Positions 39,989 through 48,312 of a DNA stretch of 64,000 bases are shown piece by piece (position 1 is the first letter of the stretch; each line of letters starts with the position of its first letter). Origin of the DNA: a bacterium (GTDB taxonomy: Bacteria; Chloroflexota; Dormibacteria; Dormibacterales; Dormibacteraceae); assembly GCA_004299235.1 (NCBI GenBank), contig SCQL01000026.1, positions 26,240 to 90,239 on the forward strand. The letters run 5' to 3'. Made by a program: the position numbers and the translations under genes. Under the pieces are notes generated by a model. It was given only the letters and a program-made list of their open reading frames with translations, had not been told where the DNA came from and did not search any database.

Positions 39989-41419
39989 CTACACCCCGCC
40001 AATGACGACTGACTTCTCCTCGGTGTACCCGTGGTACGCCTCCAGGCCGTGCTCCTTACCGAAGCCCGACTGCTTCGTCCCGCCGAAGGGCAGCTCGTCG
40101 TGCGCGATCTGCAGAGCGTTGACCCACGTGTAGCCGGCCTCCAGCTCCTGGACGGCGCGGTTGGCGGCGGCCATGCTGCTCGTCCAGATCGACGAGCCCA
40201 ACCCGTACTGAGAATCATTGGCCAGCCGGAGTCCTTCGTCGAGGTCCTTGATCTTCCGCACGGGCAGCGCCGGGCCGAATACCTCCTCGGTCCACATCCG
40301 GGCGCCGTCGGGCACGTTCTCGAGGATCGCCGGCTCGATGAACCAGCCCTTCTCGTACCCGGCCCCTTCCGGCCGGCCCCCGCCGAACGCGGCCCGCGCC
40401 CCCTTCTGGAGCGCGTCCTTCACCTGGGCCTCCACCTCGGCTCGCTGCGTCTCGGTGTGCATGGGGCCCATGCGGCTCTCCTTCTCGAGACCGTTGCCAG
40501 GCTTCAGCTTGGACGCGCGGGCGATCAGCTTCTCCAGCAGCGCGTCGTAAACGCCTTCCTGGACGTAGAGCCGCTTGACGGCAAGGCAGGCCTGCCCGCA
40601 ATTGAAGAAGCGGCCGATCGAGATGGCGCGCGCGGCCGCCTCGAGGTCGGCGTCGTCGAGGACGATGCACGGATCGCTGCCGCCGAGCTCGAGCGTGATC
40701 TTCTTCAGCCCCTCGGCCGCCCTCGCCATGACCTTCTTGCCTGTGGGCGTGGAGCCGGTCAGGGCGATCTTGCGGATGAGCGAGTGCTCGACGATCGCCT
40801 CCCCGGTCGCCTGGCCGAGCACGACGTTGACCACGCCCTCGGGCAGGCCGCCTTCGATGAGCGCCTCGATGCACGCGAGCGTCGAGAGCGGCGTCGTGCT
40901 GGCCGGCTTCAGGACGACCGTGTTGCCCGCCGCGATCGCGGGGGCGACCTTGTTCGCGGCAAGGGTCAGCGGAAAGTTCCAGGGCACGATCGCCCCGCAC
41001 ACCCCGATCGGCCTGCGCACCACCAGCCCATAGGTGGTGGTGTCGGGCAGCGCGACGTGCTGACCGTGAACCTTGTCCGCCAGGTCCGCGAACCATGCGA
41101 TGTTCTCGCCAAAGCGCTGGGCTTCGAGCCGTGACTCGAGCAGCGTCTTCCCCTGCTCCCTGGTGAGGATCGGCGCGATCTGCTCCACCTTCTCGAGCAT
41201 GTGACGCGCGGCCTGGTGCAGGATCTCGGCGCGCTTGTTGGGCGCAAGCCTGGACCACGTGGTGAATGCCTTCGCCGCCGCCCGCGCCGCCCTGTCGACG
41301 TCGGCCGGGCCACCAGCTGGGACCTCGTCGACGACCTCGCCTGTGGCCGGGTTGCGGACCTCGTACGTCTTGCCCGACGCCGCCTTGGCCCTGTCGCCCT
41401 CGATGATCATCGTCGCCAT
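39989..41419 (-). CDS. NAD(P)-dependent aldehyde dehydrogenase
   Basis: VPWNFPL, ELGGSDP, FFNCGQACLA catalytic Cys, EEVFGP. Confidence 0.95.
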   Translation of the reverse strand: MATMIIEGDRAKAASGKTYEVRNPATGEVVDEVPAGGPADVDRAARAAAKAFTTWSRLAPNKRAEILHQAARHMLEKVEQIAPILTREQGKTLLESRLEAQRFGENIAWFADLADKVHGQHVALPDTTTYGLVVRRPIGVCGAIVPWNFPLTLAANKVAPAIAAGNTVVLKPASTTPLSTLACIEALIEGGLPEGVVNVVLGQATGEAIVEHSLIRKIALTGSTPTGKKVMARAAEGLKKITLELGGSDPCIVLDDADLEAAARAISIGRFFNCGQACLAVKRLYVQEGVYDALLEKLIARASKLKPGNGLEKESRMGPMHTETQRAEVEAQVKDALQKGARAAFGGGRPEGAGYEKGWFIEPAILENVPDGARMWTEEVFGPALPVRKIKDLDEGLRLANDSQYGLGSSIWTSSMAAANRAVQELEAGYTWVNALQIAHDELPFGGTKQSGFGKEHGLEAYHGYTEEKSVVIGGV

Positions 41420-41501
41420 TCGTGTGGCACCCCTCTTCGGTTGGATTTGGCTAGTGCTTCAATTATCGGCGTCGGCGGTAATCAGAGCCGGAGGGTGAAT
41501 C

Positions 41502-42278
41502 ATGTCTGTCAGGCTGGAGAAGGAAGGCGCTGTCGGAATCATCGTGCTGGACCGACCACCGGCCAACAGCTACGACTATGCATTTCTGCGCTCGTTCGCG
41601 GGCGTGGTCGACGACGCGCGCAATGACGCAGAGATCGGCGCGGTCGTGGTCACCAGCGCCTCGGAGAAGTTCTTCTCCGCCGGTGCTGACGTCGGGGCCT
41701 TCGCTTCCGGCACGGCGCGCTCGCGGTTCATGACCGCCCTCATGGCCCACGAGGCATTCCGGAAGATGGAGAACACGCCGCTGGTCTTCGTCGCCACCAT
41801 CGCCGGCCACTGCCTGGGCGGCGGCTTCGAGCTGGCCCTTGCGTGCGACCTTCGATTCGCCGCCGAGGGTGCGTATCAGATCGGGTTGCCGGAGGTGAAT
41901 CTTGGTCTTTTCCCCGGTTCGGGCGGCACGCAGCGGCTGCCCCGGCTCGTCGGCCTGTCGAAGGGCCTCGACCTGATCGCCAACGGCACCACCATGAGCC
42001 CGTCCCAAGCCCATGAGCTCGGCCTGGTCGACAGGTTGTTTGGGGATGCGGCGGCGTGCCGCGCCGGGGCCATCGAGTACGCGGCGAAGCTGGCCGCCGG
42101 GCCAAGCGTCGCGATCGGACACGCCAAGCTCGCCATCACGCAGGGCTTCGGCGCCCCGCTCGACCTTGGGCTCGCGATCGAGCGCGAGGCGATCGGCCGG
42201 GTGTTCGTCTCCGAAGACGCCGACGAGGGGATCAGGGCTTTCGGCGAGAAGCGCAAGGCGGAATTCAAGGGGGCGTGA
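41502..42278 (+). CDS. enoyl-CoA hydratase/isomerase (crotonase family)
   Basis: FFSAGADV ... GHCLGGGFELALACD ... GGTQRL. SD GGAGGGTG precedes the ATG. Confidence 0.9.
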   Translation: MSVRLEKEGAVGIIVLDRPPANSYDYAFLRSFAGVVDDARNDAEIGAVVVTSASEKFFSAGADVGAFASGTARSRFMTALMAHEAFRKMENTPLVFVATIAGHCLGGGFELALACDLRFAAEGAYQIGLPEVNLGLFPGSGGTQRLPRLVGLSKGLDLIANGTTMSPSQAHELGLVDRLFGDAAACRAGAIEYAAKLAAGPSVAIGHAKLAITQGFGAPLDLGLAIEREAIGRVFVSEDADEGIRAFGEKRKAEFKGA

Positions 42279-42390
42279 TGGGTGCCGGGGTCTCCCCACC
42301 CGGTCTTCGCCAACCTCCCGTACCCGCGGCGCGGGGACCCCGGCGCAGGTGTATCCTCCGCGCAGATCAAAACCAGGAGGTGGGGTTCGA

Positions 42391-42450
42391 ATGGCTGAGC
42401 TTGCCGTGACCGTCTGCCGGCCGTCGGCCCCCTCCGGAGCGCGCTTCTAA
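42391..42450 (+). CDS. candidate 19-aa leader peptide (MAELAVTVCRPSAPSGARF)
   Basis: ATG preceded by AGGAGGTG (42375-42382). The TAA stop lies 3 nt before an anti-SD element. Below the ORF-track cutoff as an independent ORF. Confidence 0.25.
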   Translation: MAELAVTVCRPSAPSGARF

Positions 42451-42453
42451 GCC

Positions 42454-42500
42454 TCCTCCGCCGGGTGGACCGATACCGCCCGCGCGTCTTTCTCGGAGGA
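42454..42500 (+). promoter_or_regulatory. SD-sequestering hairpin in the rsgA leader
   Basis: TCCTCCG (42454-42460) is the exact complement of CGGAGGA (42494-42500). The latter is the SD located 6 nt before GTG 42507. Confidence 0.35.
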
Positions 42501-42506
42501 TTCGAG

Positions 42507-43583
42507 GTGTCCGATCGACTCACACCTGGGCTGGCCAGCCTGGGCTGGGATCCGTACTTCGCCGCCAACTTCCAACGCCTTGCCGATGACGGCACCGTCC
42601 CGGCGCGAGTCATCGCCGATTTCGGGGCTGAGTACCTGGTGCATGACGGCGAGGCGGCCAGCCGCGCGGCGGCAGGCCGGCGCCTGCGTCATGACGGATT
42701 GACCCTGCCGGCGGTCGGCGATTGGGTGGCGCTCTTCAAGGTCGAGCCGCTGGGCAGCGTCCACGGCGTCGTCGAACGGCGCACGGTCTTCTCCCGGAGG
42801 GCGGCATCGGTCGAGACCAAAGAGCAGGTGCTGGCCGCCAACGTCGACGTCGCATTCGTTGTCGCCGCGGCCACCGACGTCAATCCGAGACGGATCGAGC
42901 GCTACCTGACGATCGCCTGGCAGAGCGGAGCGATGCCCGTCGTCCTGCTGACCAAGGCGGACGTCGCGGATTCGCCGGACGAGCTCCGCGAAGAGCTCGA
43001 AGCGGTGGCGATGGGGACCTCGGTCGTAGTCACGAGCAGCGTCACCGGTGACGGGATCGACGAGGTCGCGCGCCGGCTGCGACCGGTGCTCACGGGAGTG
43101 ATCCTCGGGCCGTCGGGAGCCGGCAAGTCCACGTTGATCAACCGGATCGCCGGCACCGACGTGATGCGCACGCGCGCCATCCACCGCTCCGGCGAAGGAC
43201 GCCACATGACGAGCCACCGCCAGCTGATCCAGCTGCCGGGGGGCGGCATGATCATCGACACGCCCGGTCTCCGCGAGGCGCAGCTCTGGCAGGGGGGTGA
43301 TGTCCCCGGCGAGCAGGCACTGGCCAACCTGTTCGAGGACATCGAAGAGCTGGCGCTGGGCTGCAGGTTCAACGACTGCGCCCATGTCACCGAGCCCGGG
43401 TGCGCGATCAAGGCGGCGCTGGCCGGCGGCAGCCTTGATCCTGGACGCCTTCAGAGCTACCGCAAGCTTCAGCGCGAGCTGCGGGCGGTGGCCGCCAAGA
43501 CGGACGCGCGCATCCGCGCGGAGGAGCGCAAGAGGTGGCAACGGATCGCCGTGGCGAACAAGGCCGAGGGCCTGTCACGTTGA
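42507..43583 (+). CDS. rsgA: ribosome small-subunit-dependent GTPase A
   Basis: PAVGDWV OB-fold; circularly permuted GTPase (LLTKADV ... GPSGAGKSTLIN ... DTPG); Zn knuckle CRFNDCAHVTEPGC. Start placed at the SD-supported GTG 42507. Confidence 0.85.
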   Translation: MSDRLTPGLASLGWDPYFAANFQRLADDGTVPARVIADFGAEYLVHDGEAASRAAAGRRLRHDGLTLPAVGDWVALFKVEPLGSVHGVVERRTVFSRRAASVETKEQVLAANVDVAFVVAAATDVNPRRIERYLTIAWQSGAMPVVLLTKADVADSPDELREELEAVAMGTSVVVTSSVTGDGIDEVARRLRPVLTGVILGPSGAGKSTLINRIAGTDVMRTRAIHRSGEGRHMTSHRQLIQLPGGGMIIDTPGLREAQLWQGGDVPGEQALANLFEDIEELALGCRFNDCAHVTEPGCAIKAALAGGSLDPGRLQSYRKLQRELRAVAAKTDARIRAEERKRWQRIAVANKAEGLSR

Positions 43584-43590
43584 CAGGCCC
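43568..43590. terminator. perfect 10-bp hairpin GGGCCTGTCA-cgt-TGACAGGCCC spanning the rsgA stop, at a convergent junction
   Basis: Read directly from the sequence; no U-tract (common in high-GC genomes). Confidence 0.5.
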
Positions 43591-43611
43591 TGCAAGGGAG
43601 GAGTGAGGGGG

Positions 43612-44079
43612 CTATCTGGTCGTCGCCGCCTTGCGCACGTGAATGCCGTTCCAGAAGGGGATGCGGCCTTTGATGATCCGGTCGAGCACCCTGTCCGCCT
43701 GCGCCTGCGTGATGACCTTCTTCTCGACGAGCGCCTCGAGCCGCGGCTTCAGGTTGGCGAGGAGCCTGGTCTCGAACTGCTCTTTGGTCATGCCCTTGTC
43801 CCTGGACAGGTCGAAGACCTTCCGTCCGTCCTTCAGGTCCTCGCGCAGCGTTTTGGGCGTGATCCCGAGCACGCCGGCCTCGGATTCGAGTACGGCGACG
43901 CGGATGGCGCGGCGGTCGCTGCGGGAGTCGGGCACGCGATGCGTCGAGCCGGCGGCCGGCGAGGGGCTCGGGCTGGGTGAAGCGGCCTGCGCCAGGCCGC
44001 CGGCGACGCCCAGGCTGAGCATGGCGGCGGCCGCGGCGGCACCGATTGTCTTGACGGCGACTGCTGCATACGGAGTCAT
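43612..44079 (-). CDS. hypothetical secreted protein (signal peptide, PSPSPSP linker, helical domain)
   Basis: MTPYAAVAVKTIGAAAAAAMLSLGVAGGLAQA signal. ATG 44079 is preceded by GAGGTGG 5 nt upstream. Confidence 0.6.
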   Translation of the reverse strand: MTPYAAVAVKTIGAAAAAAMLSLGVAGGLAQAASPSPSPSPAAGSTHRVPDSRSDRRAIRVAVLESEAGVLGITPKTLREDLKDGRKVFDLSRDKGMTKEQFETRLLANLKPRLEALVEKKVITQAQADRVLDRIIKGRIPFWNGIHVRKAATTR

Positions 44080-44102
44080 TTCGTCCACCTCTTTTCGTTT
44101 TC

Positions 44103-44120
44103 CGACCCCGATCGGGGTCG
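44103..44120. terminator. 18-bp perfect palindrome CGACCCCGATCGGGGTCG between CoA-transferase B stop and the secreted-protein gene
   Basis: Read directly from the sequence. Could be a terminator hairpin (7-bp stem, GATC loop) or an operator. Confidence 0.4.
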
Positions 44121-44165
44121 ACGCACACGATGAGGCGGGACTGTCAGCCGATGGTTTTCGTGCCG

Positions 44166-44954
44166 TCAGCCTTTCGTAAGCGCGCGGGTCCAGAAACCAT
44201 CAGGATCGAATCGCCGGATCGCGGCGAGCTCCGCCTCCGTCGGCGGTGAAGTCTTACCGACGCCGGCCGCGACCTTCAACTCCCAGCCTGTTTCTCGCCG
44301 GATCTCATCGACGCTGTGCCCGGGGTGAGCAGAAGCGAGGTACGCTTCCCCGCCGCCCTCCGGAAACCGCAGCACACACAGGGTCGTGATGACGGCGGCG
44401 GGCCCCGCACCGAGCAGCCCGTTGCGCTCGCGCCAGCCGGGCGTACCGTCGCCATGGCCGGGTGAGGTGACATATGACACCCTCTCGACCAGGCGCCGGC
44501 GCTCGTGGCTCATCAGCGTCACCCAGCGACGGCTGAGGATGGCGATGTCCGACCCTCCCCCGCTCCCCGGCAGCTTCACCGCCGGTCGGGCCGCCGGACC
44601 CACATAGGACGTGTTCAGGTTGCCGAACCGGTCGACCTCCGCCCCGCCGATGAATCCCAAATCGACGCCGCCTTGGGCCATCAGCGCCATGACGTTGGAC
44701 ATCCGCGTCGCCCACAGCGCGCCGGCGACGTTGGGCGGGTCGCCCATCGTGCCGAGGAAGGCGGCGGCGGGCTGGTCGCGCATGAGCCCGACCTCGAACA
44801 GGCCGCGCGCGGTCGGTGCATGGGCGTTGCGCGCCACCGCGAAAGCCAGGATCGGCAGGCGCATGCCGACGAAGACGAGGTCGCCATCGTGGATCTCACG
44901 CGAGGCCACGGCCACCATCAGCTCCTGCGGCGTGTAGGCCGCGCCGCTACTCAT
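44166..44954 (-). CDS. CoA-transferase subunit B (3-oxoacid/glutaconate CoA-transferase family)
   Basis: ...GGAEVDRFGNLN...LPGSGGGSD... Start moved to ATG 44954 (8-nt overlap with subunit A). Confidence 0.85.
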   Translation of the reverse strand: MSSGAAYTPQELMVAVASREIHDGDLVFVGMRLPILAFAVARNAHAPTARGLFEVGLMRDQPAAAFLGTMGDPPNVAGALWATRMSNVMALMAQGGVDLGFIGGAEVDRFGNLNTSYVGPAARPAVKLPGSGGGSDIAILSRRWVTLMSHERRRLVERVSYVTSPGHGDGTPGWRERNGLLGAGPAAVITTLCVLRFPEGGGEAYLASAHPGHSVDEIRRETGWELKVAAGVGKTSPPTEAELAAIRRFDPDGFWTRALTKG

Positions 44955-45840
44955 CGCCGTAGTCCACCGGCGCGGACAGCCGGTGGCGACCGATGCGCAG
45001 CGAGGCGGCATCGATCATGCCCATGTAGGTCGAGCGATCGGGGACTTCGAGCACCCACCGGCTCAGCCACGCGCGGTAACCGCCGGCCGAACGCGACTCC
45101 TCCGCGTATGCGCGGTAGCAAGCGTGGTCGCGGCGAAAATAACCCTGAACCGGCGACGGATGCGCCCCTCCGGGCTCGTGCACGACCGCCACGACCTTGG
45201 TCTCGGGGAACAGGATCCGGTTGGGGTCGCTCAGGGTCACGCTCGAGTCGACGAGCTCCTCGCACGAGAGCACCACGCCATCGGCCGCCAGGCCAGCCTC
45301 CTCGACCACCCCCAGCGGCCCCCAGGCATGGGCCCTGCCCATTGCATCCGCACGCTGGACGTGGACGATCGCCACGTCAGGCTTGATCGCCTCCACGTGC
45401 ACGAGTCCGCCCGAGACGGAGAGGCCCGGATTGGTGCGCAGGATGTCGCTGCCGAGGAGCGTGCGCGCCGGCAGGCTGGGCACGTTCCACGCCGCGGCCC
45501 ACAGCGCCAGGGAGATCGAGAAGTTGGAGTGGTCGTGGACCTCGAGGGGACGCGGGTCCGAAGACTCACACGCACGCCGGTAGCAGTGGCCGAGTCCCTC
45601 CGACACATTGCCCACCCACGCCGCCGTGACGCGACGAACGCAACCGGCGCCGATCAGTTGATCGAACAGCGCGTCGGAGATCGGGCCTACCAGCTCCAGG
45701 TCGCGGCGTTCCTGCCGGATGATCTCGTGCCCCGCGGCGAAGGGGATGAGAGGTTCCAGGGCGAGTCCGAGCGCGACGGTTGAGCGGTCAGGGACGAACC
45801 GTCTGATGGCTTCCGCCATCGTCATCAGCTTGCCGGGCAC
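44947..45840 (-). CDS. CoA-transferase subunit A
   Basis: MTMAEAIRRFVPDRSTVALG...; CoA_trans fold. Start GTG 45840 or ATG 45825. Confidence 0.85.
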   Translation of the reverse strand: MPGKLMTMAEAIRRFVPDRSTVALGLALEPLIPFAAGHEIIRQERRDLELVGPISDALFDQLIGAGCVRRVTAAWVGNVSEGLGHCYRRACESSDPRPLEVHDHSNFSISLALWAAAWNVPSLPARTLLGSDILRTNPGLSVSGGLVHVEAIKPDVAIVHVQRADAMGRAHAWGPLGVVEEAGLAADGVVLSCEELVDSSVTLSDPNRILFPETKVVAVVHEPGGAHPSPVQGYFRRDHACYRAYAEESRSAGGYRAWLSRWVLEVPDRSTYMGMIDAASLRIGRHRLSAPVDYGDE

Positions 45841-45890
45841 TCGCGCTAGTATCCTGCCCCGTCGATTTTTCGGGGAGGGACGCTAGCCGG

Positions 45891-47045
45891 TCACCGTCCG
45901 ATGGATTCGAGATAGGACCGGTGGTTGCGCTCCAACTCGGCCATCGAGTCGCCGCCGAACTTCTCCAGGAACGCGTCCGCCAGGGTCAGCGCCACCATCG
46001 CTTCGCCGATGACTCCCGCGGCGGGCACGACGCACACATCGCTCCGCTCGTAGTGCGCCTCGACCTTGGCCTTCGTCTTCAGGTCGACGGAGGGCATCGG
46101 CTTCTTCATCGTCGAGATGGGCTTGATGGCGACCCGCAGGTCGATCGGCTCGCCGTTGGTGACGCCGCCGGTCAGGCCGCCGGCGCGGTTCGTGAGATGG
46201 CGGAACCGGCCGCTCTGGTACTCGATCTCGTCATGGAACTGCGAACCGCGACGAGCCGCACCCTCGAAGCCCGCGCCGAATTCAACGCCCTTGATCGCGT
46301 TGATCGACAGGATCGCCTGCGCGAGGCGACCGTCGAGCTTGCGGTCCCAGTGCACGTAGCTGCCGAGGCCCAGCGGGACGCCGCGGGCGATGACCCGAAA
46401 GGTGCCGCCCAGCGTGTCACCCAGCTCGCTGACGGCATCGATGTCCGCCACCATCCGCTTCGAGGCCTCAGGGTCGGGGCAGCGGACCGGCGAGGCCTCG
46501 ATGGCCTCGACCGTGACCGTGTCGGGGTCACAGCCTGCGTAGCCGATGTCAACGGTGCCGATCGACTGGGTGAAGCTCAGGATCTCGACGCCGAAGTGAG
46601 CAAGGAGCCTGCGGGCAACGCCGCCCGCGGCGACTCGGGTCGCCGTCTCGCGAGCCGACGACCGCTCCAGGACGTTGCGGATGTCGGTGTGCCCGTACTT
46701 GAGGGCGCCCGCGAGATCCGCATGGCCGGGTCGAAGCCTGGTCACCGGCTTGGGTGCGAAGCCCTCCTTGGCCGCGGTCATCTCGGCGGTCCAGTTGGCG
46801 TGATCCTTGTTCTCGAGCACCAACGTCACCGGGCTCCCGATCGTGAACCCGCCGCGGACGCCGCTGACGATGCGCGCGAGGTCGGTCTCGATCTGCTGCC
46901 GGCCGCCCCGGCCGTGGCCTCCTTGCCGGCGCGCGAGGTCGCGGCGCAGATCCTCCGCCGAAATCTCCAGTCCGGCGGGAAGTCCCTCGATCACGACCGT
47001 GAGCTGCGGACCATGCGACTCACCGGCGGTCAACCACCTCAGCAT
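45891..47045 (-). CDS. aroC: chorismate synthase
   Basis: MLRWLTAGESHGPQL ... RRQGGHGRGGRQ ... ERSDVCVVPAA. Start moved to ATG 47045. Confidence 0.95.
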   Translation of the reverse strand: MLRWLTAGESHGPQLTVVIEGLPAGLEISAEDLRRDLARRQGGHGRGGRQQIETDLARIVSGVRGGFTIGSPVTLVLENKDHANWTAEMTAAKEGFAPKPVTRLRPGHADLAGALKYGHTDIRNVLERSSARETATRVAAGGVARRLLAHFGVEILSFTQSIGTVDIGYAGCDPDTVTVEAIEASPVRCPDPEASKRMVADIDAVSELGDTLGGTFRVIARGVPLGLGSYVHWDRKLDGRLAQAILSINAIKGVEFGAGFEGAARRGSQFHDEIEYQSGRFRHLTNRAGGLTGGVTNGEPIDLRVAIKPISTMKKPMPSVDLKTKAKVEAHYERSDVCVVPAAGVIGEAMVALTLADAFLEKFGGDSMAELERNHRSYLESIGR

Positions 47046-47068
47046 TGAAGCGATGATATAGCGGTCGG

Positions 47069-47821
47069 ATGAGACGGCCGCTGGAGGTTGCCCTGATCGA
47101 CGTCGGCGGGACGTTGTGGCCGAACTCGTGGCCATTGCGTGAAACCGATGGACGCAGCCGTCATCAACGGGTGGCGGCGGCGATGCCAGAGCTGGGGACT
47201 CGCGCCGTCGAGGCGCTCGTCGCCGACCTGATCGAGAGCAGCCGCGCCGGCGACCAGGCGCGCAGCATCTCGACCGAGACGAAGGAGACGATCACCGCCG
47301 CCGAGGTCCTGGTGGCGGCGTCGCTGGCACGCGCTGGCCTGCCGGGGGACGCGCAGACGGTCGCGCGCATCCGGCGTGCGATGGCGCTTCCCGTCAGCGA
47401 CCGGCTGCAGCCTCTCCCCGGCGCCATCGAGCTGCTGGCGGAGGTCCGCGCCCTCGGCCTGCGGACGGTGATCGCCAGCAACACCTACTGGCGCGACGCC
47501 GAGAGCTACTGGGAAGACTTCCGCCTGCTGGGCATGGCCGAGTACGTCGACGCCATCGTCACCTCGGTCGACGCCGGCCACCTCAAGCCGCACCCGGCCG
47601 TGTTCGAGTTGGCGATGCGGGCGGCCGGCGCCGCGCCCGATCGATGCGTCGTCATCGGCAACCGGGAGGAGAACGACATCGAACCGGCGATCGCGCTCGG
47701 CATGTGGGCGATCCTGGTCCATCCCGATGACCCGAAACCCACCTCCAGCCGGGCGCACGCGGTGGCCCCGGACCTCTGGGCGTGCGCCTCCACACTGAGG
47801 ACTATGCTCGGCCCCAGATGA
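47069..47821 (+). CDS. HAD-superfamily hydrolase
   Basis: Motif I LIDVGGTL, motif II VIASN, motif III/IV K...GNREENDI. Confidence 0.8.
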   Translation: MRRPLEVALIDVGGTLWPNSWPLRETDGRSRHQRVAAAMPELGTRAVEALVADLIESSRAGDQARSISTETKETITAAEVLVAASLARAGLPGDAQTVARIRRAMALPVSDRLQPLPGAIELLAEVRALGLRTVIASNTYWRDAESYWEDFRLLGMAEYVDAIVTSVDAGHLKPHPAVFELAMRAAGAAPDRCVVIGNREENDIEPAIALGMWAILVHPDDPKPTSSRAHAVAPDLWACASTLRTMLGPR

Positions 47822-48312
47822 GAGAAGAGATGCTGCGGGAGGTGGATCGCCAGGTCGTGACGCTCGACGTCGACGGCGAGCGCACGCAGCTGCTGCTGCC
47901 GGTGCACAAGACGCTGCTCGAGGTGCTGCGCGAAGACATGCAGCTCACGGGCACGAAGCACGGCTGCGAGCTAGGCGAATGCGGCACCTGTACGGTCCTG
48001 GTCGACGGCAAGCCCGAGCTGAGCTGTCTTTTGCTGCCGGTCCAGGTCGAAGGCCGCGTGATCACGACCGTGGAGGGGCTGGCGCACGGGTCTGAGCTGC
48101 ATCCCCTGCAGCAGGCGTTCGCCGAGCTGGGCGCGGCCCAGTGCGGCTACTGCACGCCCGGCATCCTGCTCTCGGCGAAAGCGTTGCTGGAGAGCAACCC
48201 GCGGCCGGCGCGTGACGACATCCGCGAGGCGCTCGCCGGCAACCTGTGCCGCTGCACCGGGTACGCGAAGATCCTGGATGCGATCGAGCTCGCGGCGGGC
48301 CGCATGCGATGA
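47818..48312 (+). CDS. molybdenum hydroxylase small subunit, 2x[2Fe-2S] (HcrC/CoxS-like)
   Basis: GCELGECGTCTV...C and CGYCTPG...CRCTGY. ATGA overlap with the HAD stop. Confidence 0.9.
   Translation: MREEMLREVDRQVVTLDVDGERTQLLLPVHKTLLEVLREDMQLTGTKHGCELGECGTCTVLVDGKPELSCLLLPVQVEGRVITTVEGLAHGSELHPLQQAFAELGAAQCGYCTPGILLSAKALLESNPRPARDDIREALAGNLCRCTGYAKILDAIELAAGRMR

Noticed and set aside
42384-42396. GGTTCGAAT, a tRNA T-loop-like motif
   Set aside because: The flanking bases (GTGGG / GGCTG) cannot form a T-stem. No acceptor or anticodon arms can be drawn. The motif instead spans the SD-to-ATG region of the small leader ORF.
47069-47110. HAD motif I reads D-V-G-G-T (second Asp replaced by Gly), hinting at a dehalogenase-like single-Asp mechanism
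   Set aside because: This cannot be judged without an alignment. Many HAD subfamilies deviate at this position, so it is noted but not claimed.
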